Source: Octopus sinensis (lineage: Eukaryota). From it: a stretch of DNA of 64,000 nt. The first letter of the stretch is position 1. The number at the start of each line of letters is the position of its first letter. Below, piece by piece: positions 1 through 13,878 of this stretch. A program made the translations under genes and the position numbers. The stretch spans positions 74,152,001 through 74,216,000 of the forward strand of contig NC_043001.1 in the NCBI RefSeq assembly GCF_006345805.1. The letters run 5' to 3'. The notes under the pieces were generated by a model. The model was not told the DNA's origin and ran no database searches. It worked only from the letters and a program-made list of their open reading frames with translations.

Positions 1-1419
1 TTTATTTATTTGCAAGATCTACAATTTATTGGTTGCTAAGTTCTGGGCTGCTTGGAGACCTGAGCTATATGTAGGACTTTGGCTTGCTCAAAAGAAAGGA
101 TTTCCTGTGTGTGTGTTAACTTTATGGGTCTCTTATTCTTACCCTTTAGCATTTAAACTAGCCATACCAGGCTCAAATATTCAGATGTTATATTGTAGAA
201 ACTTCTACCCCCTAAAGAAAAATGACATGCCTCTCAACTACATTAATGTTATAAGCTGAGTAATGTATGAGATTGCAAACCTTCTGAAGCTAATGGTGGA
301 TAGAGGTTCTTATATAGATATAAAACATATCTTGATTGTAGCTGTAGCCAAGATATGTTTTACCATACCACACCAAGATAAAAATACAGGACATAGTTTT
401 AATTGCCTGTAAATAGTTATTGTATGTATTTGTGTATGTACATAAATACAGGTTTAGTAGGTGATGGGGATAATCATATTCTGAGCTGGTATTCACTGCA
501 TTTGAATATGTCATACATCTTTTTAGGGGATTTATAGAGTACTAGTGTAAAGTGGTGGAATGACAGAACTGGCTGAGCATCAGATGAGTTGCCTTGTGAT
601 ATTTATTCTAGCCTGATCTATGGAATCTGAGTTCAAATCCCATGGAGGTCAGCTTTGCTTTTCATTCTTTTTGTGCTTATTAGGACCAGTACTTTTTACG
701 TGGCATTTTGATTATAGGATATTAGTTCTGTAGTGGTGGGTGGGTAGTATAGCAGTGTTCTACATATATCAGTCCTTTGTCATCTCCTTCGTAAGGTCCA
801 GTATTTTAAGATTGGCCTTCAGTACTTTGTCCCATGTTTTCTGGGTCTCCTTCTTCCACAACTTCACTCTACTTTGAGTGAATGGTACTTCTTCATGCAT
901 GGCACTTAAAAATTAATAGTTTGAACTCTGAATGAGCAGGCTTATGATCAAATATATCCTAGCCATGATCTTTTCAGTTTATTTTCAGACTTTATATACA
1001 CTATCTGACACATCCTTCCATTTTTAAGATAAGGAAATTGAAGTGTTATTTCTAGCAGACTGTTTGACCATGTATAAGCTTTCATTGATATGTAGACATG
1101 AATGTTAATGTACTTGACATGTCAGATATTGTAGATATCATTTTCCTGTTCTTATTGACTTAATGACTTAACCATAATTGTTTGTGTGTATGTGTGTGTT
1201 TGCGTATGTGTGTGTGTGAGTATGTATATATGTGTGTGTGTATGTATATGTGTGTTTTGTGTGGTGTGTGTGAGCTCAGGCTCTTATATCTTGCTTAGTG
1301 ACTAATCAGAATGAAGCAGTCATGAAAAAAAAAGTTTGAAACTGTGTGACCAAAATCTACAATTAATTAATGCCATTATAATGTAATTTGTGTGTGTGCG
1401 TGCATGTACACACATATAA

Positions 1420-1482
<63 letters not shown>

Positions 1483-2129
1483 ATGTGTAAGTGTGTGCAT
1501 GTAGCAATCTAAAATATGCCTGCTAAAATGGTGGCCTTCAAAGAAATTTAAGATAATAACCAACCCAAGAAACAGTCCTAATGAGAAATTCACAGAATTC
1601 TAAAGCTATATGTGTATATAATATATATTAAATAATATAATGACCCTCCATGTTTGTTTTTGCCCAGTTTCCTTGTATGTCTCCACTATCATGTTTTTGT
1701 TCCCAATTTTGACCCTCCATAAATCCTAAATTTTATTTTAGAATTTATGAGACCGACTGTCTTTGAAGACTCATTCTGTTGTTGAATGTTCGAAATGAGG
1801 AATAGATAGACAGCTGACAACTGATGAAGGGTCCTTTCTGTGTGTTTACTTGTCCTGTTTTCCATTTTTTCTTGTTGTTTATGTATTTAACTTGTTTGTT
1901 TACATATTTCATGTTATTTGCACTGTTGGTGATGTCCTGTACCCATATATGCATGTGTATATATATATATATATATATAAACAAGGGAGAAATGAAGATG
2001 GTAAAAAAAGAGTTTTGTTTACAGTTTCTGTGATTCTTTTTCTGTTGCGTGCAGGGACTTTCGCTTGTAATGGTGTTTTTTGGAATTTAATGAATATAAA
2101 ATTTTTTTTCATGAATAGATCTGATTTTT

Positions 2130-2996
2130 GATTTGTTAAAGTACTGGTGATGTCTTATTTTTCTAGTGGTCAAGTTTGTCGTTCTGCCTGGTTGGCTTCC
2201 CTGTGGGGAACAATCATCAGCCGTTCCAGCTAGTTGATTCTCTTAAAGGGCCAGTTTGTTGTATTTGCTGAAGTTCAGTTTTGTCTAGAGGTAAAATTTC
2301 ATTGGTCTAGAGTTAGTTGATATCAGCAACTTGTGTTTGTATGGTGATTTGGAGTTGAGGTTTCAAAACCCACGTGGAAGACTGTTATAAAAGTTTTTTG
2401 AATTATGTCTGTTATTTTTGTGAAGAAAGAGTGTTACTAAAGTTTTTTGACTTATGTCTGTTGTATCCGATTGTTTTTTTTTGTGGAGAAATTGGGTCTT
2501 TTTTCCTTTTTCTCTTTAATGTTTTTTCTTCTTTCTAAAGGATATTGAGCTGTGGTTTATATTTTTTAATGAGGATATGTTCCTTATTTAAACGGAATTG
2601 GGTTGAAGTGTTTCTGGTGCATTGATAGAGAGGGAAAATTTGGTATTTTGGGTTTATGTTTGCTGGGCATTGGTCCAGGTGTTTGCTTACAGGAATTTTC
2701 CTGGTCATGGGGTCCTGGACTTGTTGCATGTGTACTGTTAGTCTGTATCTCAAGGTCAGACTAGTTTGACCTATGTAGTCTCCACCACACACTTCACATT
2801 TGAGAACATAGATTAAGTTCTTCGAAGTACAGGTGAAGTGATTTTTTTTTATGGTAAAAGTTGGACCTGACTTAAATTTGTATGTTGAACCCTCTAAGAG
2901 GAAGATGCAAGTCTCGCTGTTAGGGATAACTAATTTCATGTTATCTCTTGGTTCCATCCTCATAATTGTTTCGCTAATCCAATAACAATAATACAA
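2130..2996 (-). mobile_element. Penelope-like element 3' part: GIY-YIG endonuclease plus putative pLTR
   Basis: ORF 2535-2996: FTCTSKNLIYVLKCEVCGGDYIGQTSLTLRYRLTVH..VSKHL..E..LIKKYKPQLN, a typical PLE GIY-YIG C-terminus. Confidence 0.88.
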
Positions 2997-4633
2997 AGTA
3001 TGTCACCCTTAAAATGTTTTTTATGCATTTACAGAGAATACTGAACTGTCTTACACAGGATCTTGTTTTTAGGAATTCCCAATAAGTTATGAATACTGAA
3101 ATTGTAAAGTCAATTATGTAATAACATAAAATTAGTTATCTGATAGTAAGAATTCAAATAAAGTAGGCCCGAAGCAGGCTTTAATGCTTTCCTAGAGTAT
3201 ATAAAACTTAGGAGGAAATACTAATACAGTATGTGTACTAAAATTGTGAAGCATGTTATCTAATAACTGGCTATTCAGATATGAGATAATAAGAATTCAT
3301 AGGAAATAACTCTGAAAAGGGCATTTGTGCGTTCCCGAAGAATATTACCCTCAGCAGTGCTCTTGTTGTGAATAAGTCACTAACTGAAATAAGTGGATCT
3401 ATTGTTTAGGAAAATACTATTTACTTGTTTAAGAGTTGTACTGGATAAATTGTGAAAATAACTCTAACGGTTTAAATACTAAGAAATAAGCATACTCAGA
3501 TTGATTTATACCAAATAAGTTCAGAAAATGGGTTATTTCTCTTGTCTGTATAGAAGGATCCCTTCCAGGAGCGAATGGGTTATTTCTTTTGGCTGTTAAA
3601 AGAAAATATATTAGATATATATAAGGGTCCCTTCCAGGGGCCCTATTATCGAATTTTTCAACAATCTGCCATGAGGTTTCCAGACATGAGTTCTGCTCAC
3701 GTGTCAAGTTTCATCAAAATCTTTAAAACTATGCAGGAGGAGTTAACTCCACAAAGATGCCCACAGACAGAATTTCCCATATATGTGGCTTGCAAATGCC
3801 TCAGGCCCTGCTCCTTTTCAGTGTCATCTTAAGATATGTGTAAAGCATACATTGATCAGAATTTGCCCCCTGAACCTCTGGGTCCCAATTCTTTGTTTTG
3901 CTGTCAAATGAGAAATACTATTAGGCCCTGTACATTAACTTTCTCAGGTACCTTGAATGCCGCTAAGATGGCTCTGCATCTTCCTTTTGACCCTGCAAAT
4001 AAAAAAAAATGGGACAAAAACCTAGTAGAGAACTAATTACACCTGTAGGATAGAGCTGTTGCTGCCCACACAAGATGCCTTGTTCTATATTGTTGCCATG
4101 CTGAATATATATTCCTTCTTCAAGTCTACAACTCTACAACAGAAACATGAACAGCATTGGCAAAATATTTGATATCAGCCCCGCCCAAATCTGCTCTTAG
4201 TTCTATGGCACAAACTTCCTGTTTTAAAGTTATCTAAATTAAAATTTATCAGAATTTTGTTATGTTCCAGACAACTTAATAATGGCAGTTATTTTATTAA
4301 CCTATTCATTATTGAAAAAAAAAAAAAATTAATTGAATCTAAGATAGTTCATCAGAAATAAGGGAACAAAATGATTGATAATGACAAAGTAATTTTACTA
4401 AGTTCTTCATTATTTAAAAAATTAATTGAAACAAAGGCAAGTGTATTTATTTCAACAGAAATGTAACAAAAAAAACCAACAAAGAAACAAAAGAAAACCA
4501 GTTAAAATGACAAAATTATTTCACAAAATTCTTCATTATGTTTGAAATAATTGAAAGAACCAGAAATATGGTAACAAAAGGGTTGATAATGACAAAGTTA
4601 TTTTGCTATATTCTTCATTATTTTCAAAATTAA

Positions 4634-4995
4634 TTGAAGTTGGGAGACATCCATGCCCCAACTCTCTTTTCTCTGTACTTTGCTGCGACTCTTACTCATG
4701 CTTTTGCTGTGGACAGCTCTCCTGGGATATATGTTAGGTATCAATCTTCTGGCTGTCTTTTTTTAACCTGTGTCGATTTGCAGTCTCTTATTCATGATCT
4801 CCTTTATGCAGATGACTGTGACTTAGTCACTCATACAGTGGATAATATGCAAATACTTGTGAATCATATTTCTGCTTCTTGCAAGATATTTAGGCTTGGC
4901 ATTAGCCTGGACAGGACTGTTGTAATGTTCTAACCTGCATTGGGAAACCCATATGCGGAACCAGCTACCTTGGTTGAAGGAACAATACTGAAAGT
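4634..4995 (+). mobile_element. RTE/BovB-like reverse transcriptase fragment
   Basis: APTLFSLYF..GIYVRY..LLYADDCDLV.HT..MQ.L..FRLGISL.RTVVMF*P; RT YADD motif. Confidence 0.8.
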
Positions 4996-5003
4996 GGTAG
5001 ACA

Positions 5004-5990
5004 ATATTTACATTATTTACATTTGACAGATATTTGTCCTCATCTTGTTTGTTGTTAACACAATGTTTTGGCTGATTTACCCACCAGCCTTCATCAGGTG
5101 TCTTAGGGAAATTTCAAACCTGGGTTCTCATTCCTAAGGTATTTTTCAATGTTTTTATTATTATTATTATCATTATTCAGGTCACTACCTGGAATCAAAC
5201 TTGGAATCTTGGAGTTAGTAACCCGCACTCTTAACCACTATGCCATATGCCCATGGGCAATTATGGAGTGAATTTTAGGGCTTATAAATCTAATATTTTC
5301 CTATCTTTCCTTAATACTGGTTTCTATATGCTATTCATATCTGCACTCGGTCTGCTTAGGAGGTTGTTGTGTCTTAGCATATGTGCTGCTTCTTTTAGTT
5401 TTCGTATTTTCTAGTGGTATTCTCTGTCTATTATTTTAACTTCAACCCACTAGGGGAGGTAGTCTCCATTTTTCCATACATGATCAGCTATACCCGATTT
5501 ATCAATATCTCCTCATGTCACAACTTTGCAATGTTCTTCTACCCTTATTTTGAGGGAGTGGCATATTTCGCTTTTGTATAACTTACCACAGCTGCATGGG
5601 ATGGAGTACATGCAGTTTTTGGTGATATTCTCTTCTATTGGTGGTTATACTCGGAAGAGATATTTGCGAAGTGTTGTATACTGTCCTGATGTGATATGGG
5701 CCTCATATCTTTTGTATCTTTTCAGAGAGGCCTTTCACATAAGGTAGACAGACTGTGGGCAGTTTGTTGGTTTCATCCTCTCTTTTCATAATTGGAGTGG
5801 ATAGTATGTTTTTGGGGTAGTTGTTGCTTAATAGATTGTTACTGAGCTTGATCATTTCTTCATGGTGGGTATCTTGATTGCTACTTATATTCTTTGCTCA
5901 ATGTTTTAGGCACTGAGCAATCTCACTTGATGGAAATGTTGACTTTCTGCGTAGAAACTACCTATGGACACTACTGATATATATTGACAA
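5004..5990 (-). mobile_element. Degenerate Penelope-like element (GIY-YIG relic plus hammerhead-bearing pLTR)
   Basis: Minus-strand LPYVKGLSEKIQKI*..KNCMYSIPCSCGKLYKSE..LKIRVEEH..KSGIADHVWK; hammerhead-like motif at 5057-5102. Confidence 0.85.
5057..5102 (-). ncRNA. Minimal PLE hammerhead, inactivated
   Basis: gacac-CTGATGA-a-ggctg..cagcc-AAAAC-ATT-gtgtt; G12 and G16.2 are both changed to A. Confidence 0.6.
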
Positions 5991-6639
5991 GAAGAGGGTT
6001 TAGCTATGGGTTCACCATTGTCACCGGTTAAAGCCAATATATACATGGAATACTTTGAGAATTTGACTTTAGGATCAACACCACTAAAACCAACCCTATG
6101 GCTGTGATATCTTGATGACTTGTACTCGTGAAGTTATACAATAAAGGACCCTTTCCTTGTAATATAGGAAATGGTCAGTGACAGGAAGAACATCCAACTG
6201 TAAAAGTACTGTCTCAAATAAGCCTCTGTCCAACCTGTACCTGCATAGAAAAACAGATGTAAAATAGATGAACCTACAAGTGAATTCATATAACATGCAC
6301 TTTGAAGCAAACCCTTCATCAGCTGTTAACTAGTGATTACTGTGATTTCATTACCATTTTACAGTATCCTTCCATGTAGTGTTTACTGCATTGTGTACCA
6401 ATGTCTGCCTTGGCATGATTTCTATAGTTGGATGATTTTCCTAACGCTAACCACTCTTCAGAGTGTACTCTGTAAAGTGGCTAGCATTAGTGGACTTTTT
6501 TGTGGCATGAGCTCTAGTGTAGTCAGTATGCAGCTGTTTGCAAGAACTAAGATCCTGTTCATGAGAGTGAGTCTACAGTCGAGAGGGAGGCAGCTTTATG
6601 TTAGGAGATGAACTGTTAAAGTATAATTCAGCTGAAAGG

Positions 6640-7400
6640 TTTTCTTGTAGAGGAACTATATGACTACTCACACTATAAAACTGTGGTAGAACTAGTAAGA
6701 CAAATTTGTGGTGATGGAGTGTGAGAATGGACCCTTAAGGTACAAGAAGGTGAACAGAAGTGAGTAGAACAGAACAGGGAATGTAGATGGATAGAGGCTA
6801 CAAGAATGTATGGGGTGAGTGAGGCACAGTTAGGAATGGAGAAATGGGTAAGAAGGAGAATATAATAAATGAAGAACAAAAGATGAGGAGTGGGCATTGA
6901 TAAATATAAATTGGAGGGAAGGTATCAAAGAATAAGTGATGATTGTAGAGATTGGGTAGGTTTGAGGGGTAGAGTTAGTGAATGGTAGACAAAGATGGAG
7001 GAATGATCACTGATACATATGAGTTGGAAGGTAGGGGAGAATAGGTGAGACTTGATAGTACAGATTCCAGTAGAGAACAGCAAAATAGTAATAATGATAC
7101 AGTAAATAGAAGGCTGTGGATGGGTAGGTTGTATGTGTGTGAGGAGAGGAGAAATGGATGGTGGTGGAGAAACATAATTTGGAAGTACAGAAGGGAGATC
7201 AGTGTAACATGTGAGTGGAGAGGGATAGTATTAAGAATTAAGGATGGATAACAACTGGAAAGTGAGAAAGATAACTGACATCAGAGAAAAAGATGATGTT
7301 CTGATCACATTTAATTACATCAATGGTATACTGCAGTTAGGATAATGATGGAGAAATGATAGGTGGTGGGGAAGGCTTGAGGAAGAAATTGGGCTTCAAT
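6640..7400 (-). mobile_element. Ancient L2/CR1-like LINE relic (similar relics at about 23700-24720 on + and 35150-35880 on -)
   Basis: Strong purine strand skew and faint RT-like words only; heavily degenerate. Confidence 0.35.
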
Positions 7401-8136
7401 AAATAATTTTCAGTAGTTTCCTCTGAGATTCATTTCTGTGACATTTGTTAGCATATGCAGTGGGTCAAGAAAGGCAAGGAGAAAAGTGTGCATAGTGATA
7501 TTTTCGCCTACAGAGCTGCTGTCATTTACAGAAAGGATTTCTGTTTTAAGAAATTTTATTCTCACACTGGCTTTTGTTTTTCTTTATTGAACTAAAAATT
7601 AAATTTAAAAAATAATTTATGGAAGTTGATTTTGATTTTATTGTATGTTGTTTGGTTAATTATCAAAACCCTTTAAATTTTAATTGACAGTTGCATTAAA
7701 ACATGTGAACTGCTACATAAGTGTGTGTGTTTAAATTTGCTTCCCAACCACATAGTTTCAAGTTCAGTTCCACTACACTGCACCTTTGCCAAGTATTTTC
7801 TAATATAGTTCCAAGTTGACCAAATCCTTGTGAGTGGATTTATTAAACGGAAACTTAAAGAACCCATTTTTGTGTATATATTTATGTGTGTATCTATGAG
7901 CGTGTTTGTTCCCCGATCACTTGACAACTGGTGTTGGTTTATTTATGTTCCTGTAACTTATCAGTTTAGCAAAAAGAGACTAATAGAATAAGTATCAGGC
8001 TTTAAAAAAAAATAAGTGCTGGGGTTGATTTGGTTGGTTAAACCCTTCAAAGCAATACCCCAGAATAGCTGCAGTCAAATGACTGAAACAAGTAAATGAT
8101 AAAAGATACACACACGCATGCACGCACGCACGCGCG

Positions 8137-8450
8137 CAGGGTGTTCAGGCTAAATTTAACAGTTTGCACTTAGCTGTCCATGGTCATGTCCTACAACCTT
8201 TACAGTATTCACAGAGCATTGTGCAACACTCATGATATCAGCATTTTGATACCCACCACAAATCATCATGATACAGGCAACTCTTTTCTGATATTGAGAT
8301 ATCTTTGAGTTCTCCATATCAGCTAACTTTTTCTTCACTACAATTTTAATCTTTATGCTCTCCAACACCATTGACTGATCACCACTGCATCTAGCTGTTC
8401 CTGAAAACGGGAGACAAAAATATTGCCAAATTTAGCTCAAATGCCCAGTG
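8137..8450 (-). mobile_element. Internally deleted Tc1/mariner (maT-like) element
   Basis: Imperfect TIRs cagggtgttcaggctaaattt / aaatttagctcaaatgcccagtg|TA; HTH-like N-terminal relic. Confidence 0.55.
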
Positions 8451-9046
8451 TATATACATGTGTATGTGTGTGTCTTTTATCTTTGTTTAGTCATTTGACT
8501 GAGGCCATGCTAGCGCACTGCTTTAAAGAATTTTAGCCAAATGATTGACCCCTGTACTTTAGTTTTTTTTAACCTGGTACTTATTCTATTGATTTCTTTT
8601 GCTAAACCACTAAGTTACATGAACAAAAACACACCTATTGACAATTGGTGATGCGGGACAAACACAAACACATACACATGTATGTATATTTATGTAGATA
8701 TGCATATATACAATAGGTTTCTTTCAACCAAATCCATTCACAAGACTTTGGTTGGCTCAAGGCTATTATAAAAGATAATTACCAAGGTGCCACGCAGTGG
8801 GACTGCACCCAGAACTATGTGGTTGCCTGCACCTATATATATATATATATATATATATAGATATATATATATATATAAGTTCAGTAAAATTTAGATTCAG
8901 ATGAATATAGTACTTAAGTTAAAGGCACCAGAATTTAGTATGGTATTATCCATATAATTGATGTTATGTTTGCATTGTTCAATTAAATGGAGTCGCATGA
9001 AATGATCATACTGCATTACCTCTGGATATCCTTGTTGCTTATTTTG

Positions 9047-9077
<31 letters not shown>

Positions 9078-9711
9078 ATCATCATCATTATTTAATATCT
9101 ATGTTCTATGCTGGCATGGATTACATGGTTTTACATCTTCCACTGGTTCCAGAACTGCATTTTGCTCTAGTGTCTACTTTGGCATGGTTTGTTCACCTGG
9201 ATAACCTTCCTAATGCTGACCACTTTGCAAAATATATGGTGCTTTCTTTGTGGTATCATTACCAGTGATACTTGCCTCATAACTTGCAAGGCTAAGGGCC
9301 TAAAGTGGCCCCTTTTATTGAAGGAGAATAGAAGTGAGAATGGGTGATGATTGTAGGTGGAGATATGAGTAGGAAAAGAGGGTAGGAAGAGGATGACAAG
9401 GAAGGGATTAGTGATAGGATTTATTGAAAAATGGGCTGACATACATACTTATATTTAGGCATGTATATATGTGGACATATCTGCATACATATTGTTGAAT
9501 GATAATTATGCTAGCTTGGAAAATGGATGTAAAATGATAATTTTGTTGATATATATATATAAATATTAAATGCAGTTTATTTGGGAAAACAAATACATTT
9601 ACGCATATATACATACATACATTCAGATATCTCTATAGACATAGATATATACATTTAAGCATATATACTTAAATGTATCTGTTTTTCCAAATAAATTGCA
9701 CTTCACATTTG

Positions 9712-9790
9712 AAGGTCTGATGAAACTAAGGTGTTATTCAGGCCCCCAACTATGAGTCCACAACATCTTATTGTGGAAACAGCTATAAGC
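9712..9790 (+). ncRNA. Degenerate hammerhead copy of the 17-kb family
   Basis: CTGATGA(9717)..acatctta..GAAAC-AGCT-ATA-agc, followed by the same gaagttca flank. Confidence 0.45.
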
Positions 9791-9983
9791 AAATGAAGTT
9801 CATAAGATAACCATTCATTCCTTTGTCATCTAGTTTCTTATTATTGCTCTTTACTCAACTAATGCTTTGTTCAGAAGCATACACATATTGAGTTCTACAC
9901 CAGGTTATTAGTATCACAATGCCTAATATGTATGTATATATATATGTATTTATGTATATATGTATATATATATATATATATAT

Positions 9984-10830
9984 CATCATCATCATCATCG
10001 TCGTTTAACGTCCGTTCTCCATGCTAGCATGGGTTGGACGGTTCGACCGGGGTTCTGGGAAGCCAGAAGGCTGCACCAGGCTCCAGTCTAATCTGGCAAT
10101 GTTTCTACAGCTGGATGCCCTTCCTAACGCCAACCACTCCGTGAGTGTAGTGGGTGCTTTTTACGTGCCACCTGCACAGGTGCCAGGCGGGGCTGGCAAC
10201 GGCCACGGTCAGATTGGTGTATTTTATGTGCCACCGGCACGGAAGCCAGTCGAGGCGGTGCTGGCATCGGCCACGAGTCGGATAGTGCTTTTTACGTACC
10301 ACCAGACCAGGGATCCTGGCTGGTTCAATTCGATTTCGATTTCGCTTGCCCCAACATGTCTTCACAAGCAAAGGGGGTTGGCATGGGTGCCTGTCGTACG
10401 GTCGCATTGGAGTATTTTACGTGCCACGGCCACGAGTCGGATAGTGCTTTTTACGTACCACCAGACCAGGGATCCTGGCTGGTTCAATTCGATTTCGATT
10501 TCGCTTGCCCCAACATGTCTTCGCAAGCAAAGGGGGTTGGCATGGGTGCCTGTCGTACGGTCGCATTGGAGTATTTTACGTACCACGGCCACGAGTCGGA
10601 TAGTGCTTTTTACGTACCACCAGGCCAGGGATCCTGGCTGGTTCAATTCGGTTTCGATTTCGATTTCGCTTGCCCCAACATGTCTTCGCAAGCATGGGGG
10701 GTTGGCATGGGTGTCTGTCGTCGGATGAGGTTCTATATCGACTTCGCTTGCCTCAACCGGTCTTTGTGTCCAAGGGAGGAAAGGCATTCATAAGTGGGCT
10801 GGGCTCACTTGTCCTGCCTGGTCTTCTCAC
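9984..10830 (-). mobile_element. RTE 3'-UTR fragment containing a 159-bp tandem repeat
   Basis: Same catcatcgtttaacgtccg..ccatgctagcatgggttggacgg terminus as 39320; units start at 10268, 10427 and 10586. Confidence 0.85.
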
Positions 10831-10831
10831 G

Positions 10832-10957
10832 TATGTATGTATGTATGTATATATATGTATGTATGTATATATGTGTATGTATGTATATATATGTATGTAT
10901 GTATATATATGTATGTATGTATATATATGTATGTATGTATATGTATGTATGTATATG

Positions 10958-10996
<39 letters not shown>

Positions 10997-11522
10997 GTAT
11001 ATGTATGTATGTATATATATGTGTATGTATATGTATGTATGTATATGTATGTATGTATATATTTGTATGTATGTATATATATGTATGTATGTATATATAT
11101 GTATGTATGTATATATGTTTGTATGTATATATATGTTTGTATGTATATATATGTATATGTATATATATGTATGTATTTATGTATGTATGTATGTATATAT
11201 GTATGTATGTATGTATGTATATATATGTATGTATGTATATATATATGTATGTATGTATGTATATATATATGTATGTATGTATATGTATGTATGTATGTAT
11301 GTATATATATATATATGTATATATATATGTATGTATATATATATATGTATATATGTATGTATATATATATATGTATATATGTATGTATATATTGTATGTA
11401 TATATATATATGTATATATGTATATATAATGTATGTATATATGTATGTATATGTATATATATATGTATTATATATATATGTATATATATATATATGTATA
11501 TATATATGTATATATATATATG

Positions 11523-11569
<47 letters not shown>

Positions 11570-11883
11570 GTATATATGTATATGTATATATGTATATATA
11601 TATATAGATATATATATGTATGTATATATATATATATATGTATGTATATATATATATATATGTATGTATATATATATATATGTATGTATGTATGTATATA
11701 TATATATGTATGTATGTATGTATATATATATATGTATGTATATGTATGTATATATATATATGTATGTATATGTATGTATATATATGTATGTATGTATGTA
11801 TGTATATATATATATGTATGTGTATGTATGTATGTATATATATATATGTATGTATGTGTATGTATGTATATATATGTATGTAT

Positions 11884-11914
<31 letters not shown>

Positions 11915-12165
11915 ATATATATGTATGTATGTATATATATAGTATGTATGTATGTATATATATATGTATGTATGTATATGTATGTATGTATGTATGTATA
12001 TATTATATATGTATATATATATGTATGTTATATATATATGTATGTATATATATATTATGTATGTATATATATATATATATACATGTATGTATATATATAT
12101 ATATATGTATGTATATATATATATGTATGTATATATATATATATATGTATGTATGTATACATGTA
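10832..12165. repeat. 1.3-kb compound (TATG)n/(TA)n microsatellite
   Basis: Seen directly; it explains the long C/M/Y/V/I ORFs. Confidence 0.98.
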
Positions 12166-12608
12166 TGTGTGGCTAGTTATCTAAAAAAAAATCAGTTGCT
12201 TAATTACATATACACACAGAGGCACAAGACACACACACACACACACACACATGCATGCATGTGTCTACACACACACACGCACATACACACACACACACAC
12301 ACCTATACACACATGCATATACATACTTGCACAAATATTTGAAACCATGAATCTGAAGTTGTAGAAGGATGTCAGATTCTATTCTTGAAATTTTTGTTTT
12401 AGTAAAATTCTTCGAATGACTACTAAAAATGTACAGTGTAATATGATCCTTAACCTATATTAACATGTCACCAACTGGCCTAAATTACTTACTCTTATCA
12501 ACACATCTGCTATACTTGTATTTCTGAGGGTTGCTGACAGAGAAAGAAAGCAAATTCATGTTTTGGCCTTGATAATATGTAATTTGGTAGTAAAACTTCT
12601 CTCTCTCT

Positions 12609-12658
<50 letters not shown>

Positions 12659-12959
12659 AGTAAAATTTCATTCTAATAATAACCAAGTCTGCTTCCTCTG
12701 ATCTGGTCTCTGCAATCGATGTTTTGGAAGAAAAATAGAATTAAATAAAAGAAAAAAAGAACCAACAAAACAGCCCCCTAAAATATACTATGCTCCAAAT
12801 GGTAGCTTAATGAGAAGATAATGGTGAAATAGAGAATTATTGAACTATTAAAGCTAGTCTAGCATTCTTAATGTATTTTATGTTATCAACTACAACAAAA
12901 ACAGCTATAACTCCTGATGTTGAATATAGGAGACAGCCTCCAATGCATTTTATATATAT

Positions 12960-13087
<128 letters not shown>

Positions 13088-13155
13088 CACATATAGATAA
13101 GTAGATAAATCTGTGTGTGTGTATATATGTTGAATATAGGAGACAGCCTCCAATG

Positions 13156-13206
<51 letters not shown>

Positions 13207-13460
13207 GATAAGTAGATAAATCTGTGTGTGTGTGTATATGGATACACACACACACACACATACCCATAGGATTCAGTGTCTGCCAGAAAGAAAAATTTAT
13301 TAGGTGAATTAATGGCGATGTAGATTAACACTTAAACTTCAGTGAAGTTATGTTTATCTTCAATATTTATTTATTCTTTATTGATTGCTGTGAAAGCAAT
13401 ACTGCTTTAAAAAGTCATGTAAAATATTGTGCCAGACATAATTTTACATCTACATTGGAG

Positions 13461-13878
13461 TGTAACTTGATGTAGCTGTGTATGAAATATCATTAGATTT
13501 TCATGGAGACATCCATGTAACTTAGTATTGCTGTGTGTAACGTTATTAGATTTTTACAGACATTCAGTGTAACTTGGTGTAGCTGTGTGTAACATGATTA
13601 GTTTTTCACTAAGACATTGATGTAACTTGGTGTAGTGGTGTGTAACATTACCAATTTTTTTTTTACAGATATTCATGTAACTCAGTGTAGCTGTGTGTAA
13701 CAATATAATATTTTCTCATAGACATTGCTGTAACTTGATGTAGCTATTTGTAACATGATTAAATTTGTACAGATATCCTTGTACCTTGGTGTAGCTGTGT
13801 ATTAAAGTTTTACAAGGATATTAATGTAACTTGGTGCAGCTGTGTGTAATGTTATTAGATTTTCACAAGGACATCTAT
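13461..13878. repeat. Minisatellite of about 52-54 bp, 8 copies (tgtaacttggtgtagctgtgtgtaac...)
   Basis: Units at about 13461, 13516, 13568, 13621, 13676, 13730, 13780 and 13825. Confidence 0.9.

Noticed and set aside
10021-10793. 235-aa and 145-aa ORFs with 53-aa repeats
   Set aside because: They arise from the RTE 3' UTR and its 159-bp tandem repeat and are open on both strands.
10670-12342. Long ORFs up to 504 aa (C/M/Y/V/I rich), and similar ORFs at 12.8-13.3, 38.3-39.2, 42.4, 54.5, 58 and 59.5 kb
   Set aside because: Translations of (TA)n/(TATG)n/(CA)n microsatellites, which lack stop codons.
13461-13878. CRISPR-like repeat-spacer array
   Set aside because: The apparent spacers are homologous to each other, the context is eukaryotic, and there are no cas genes.
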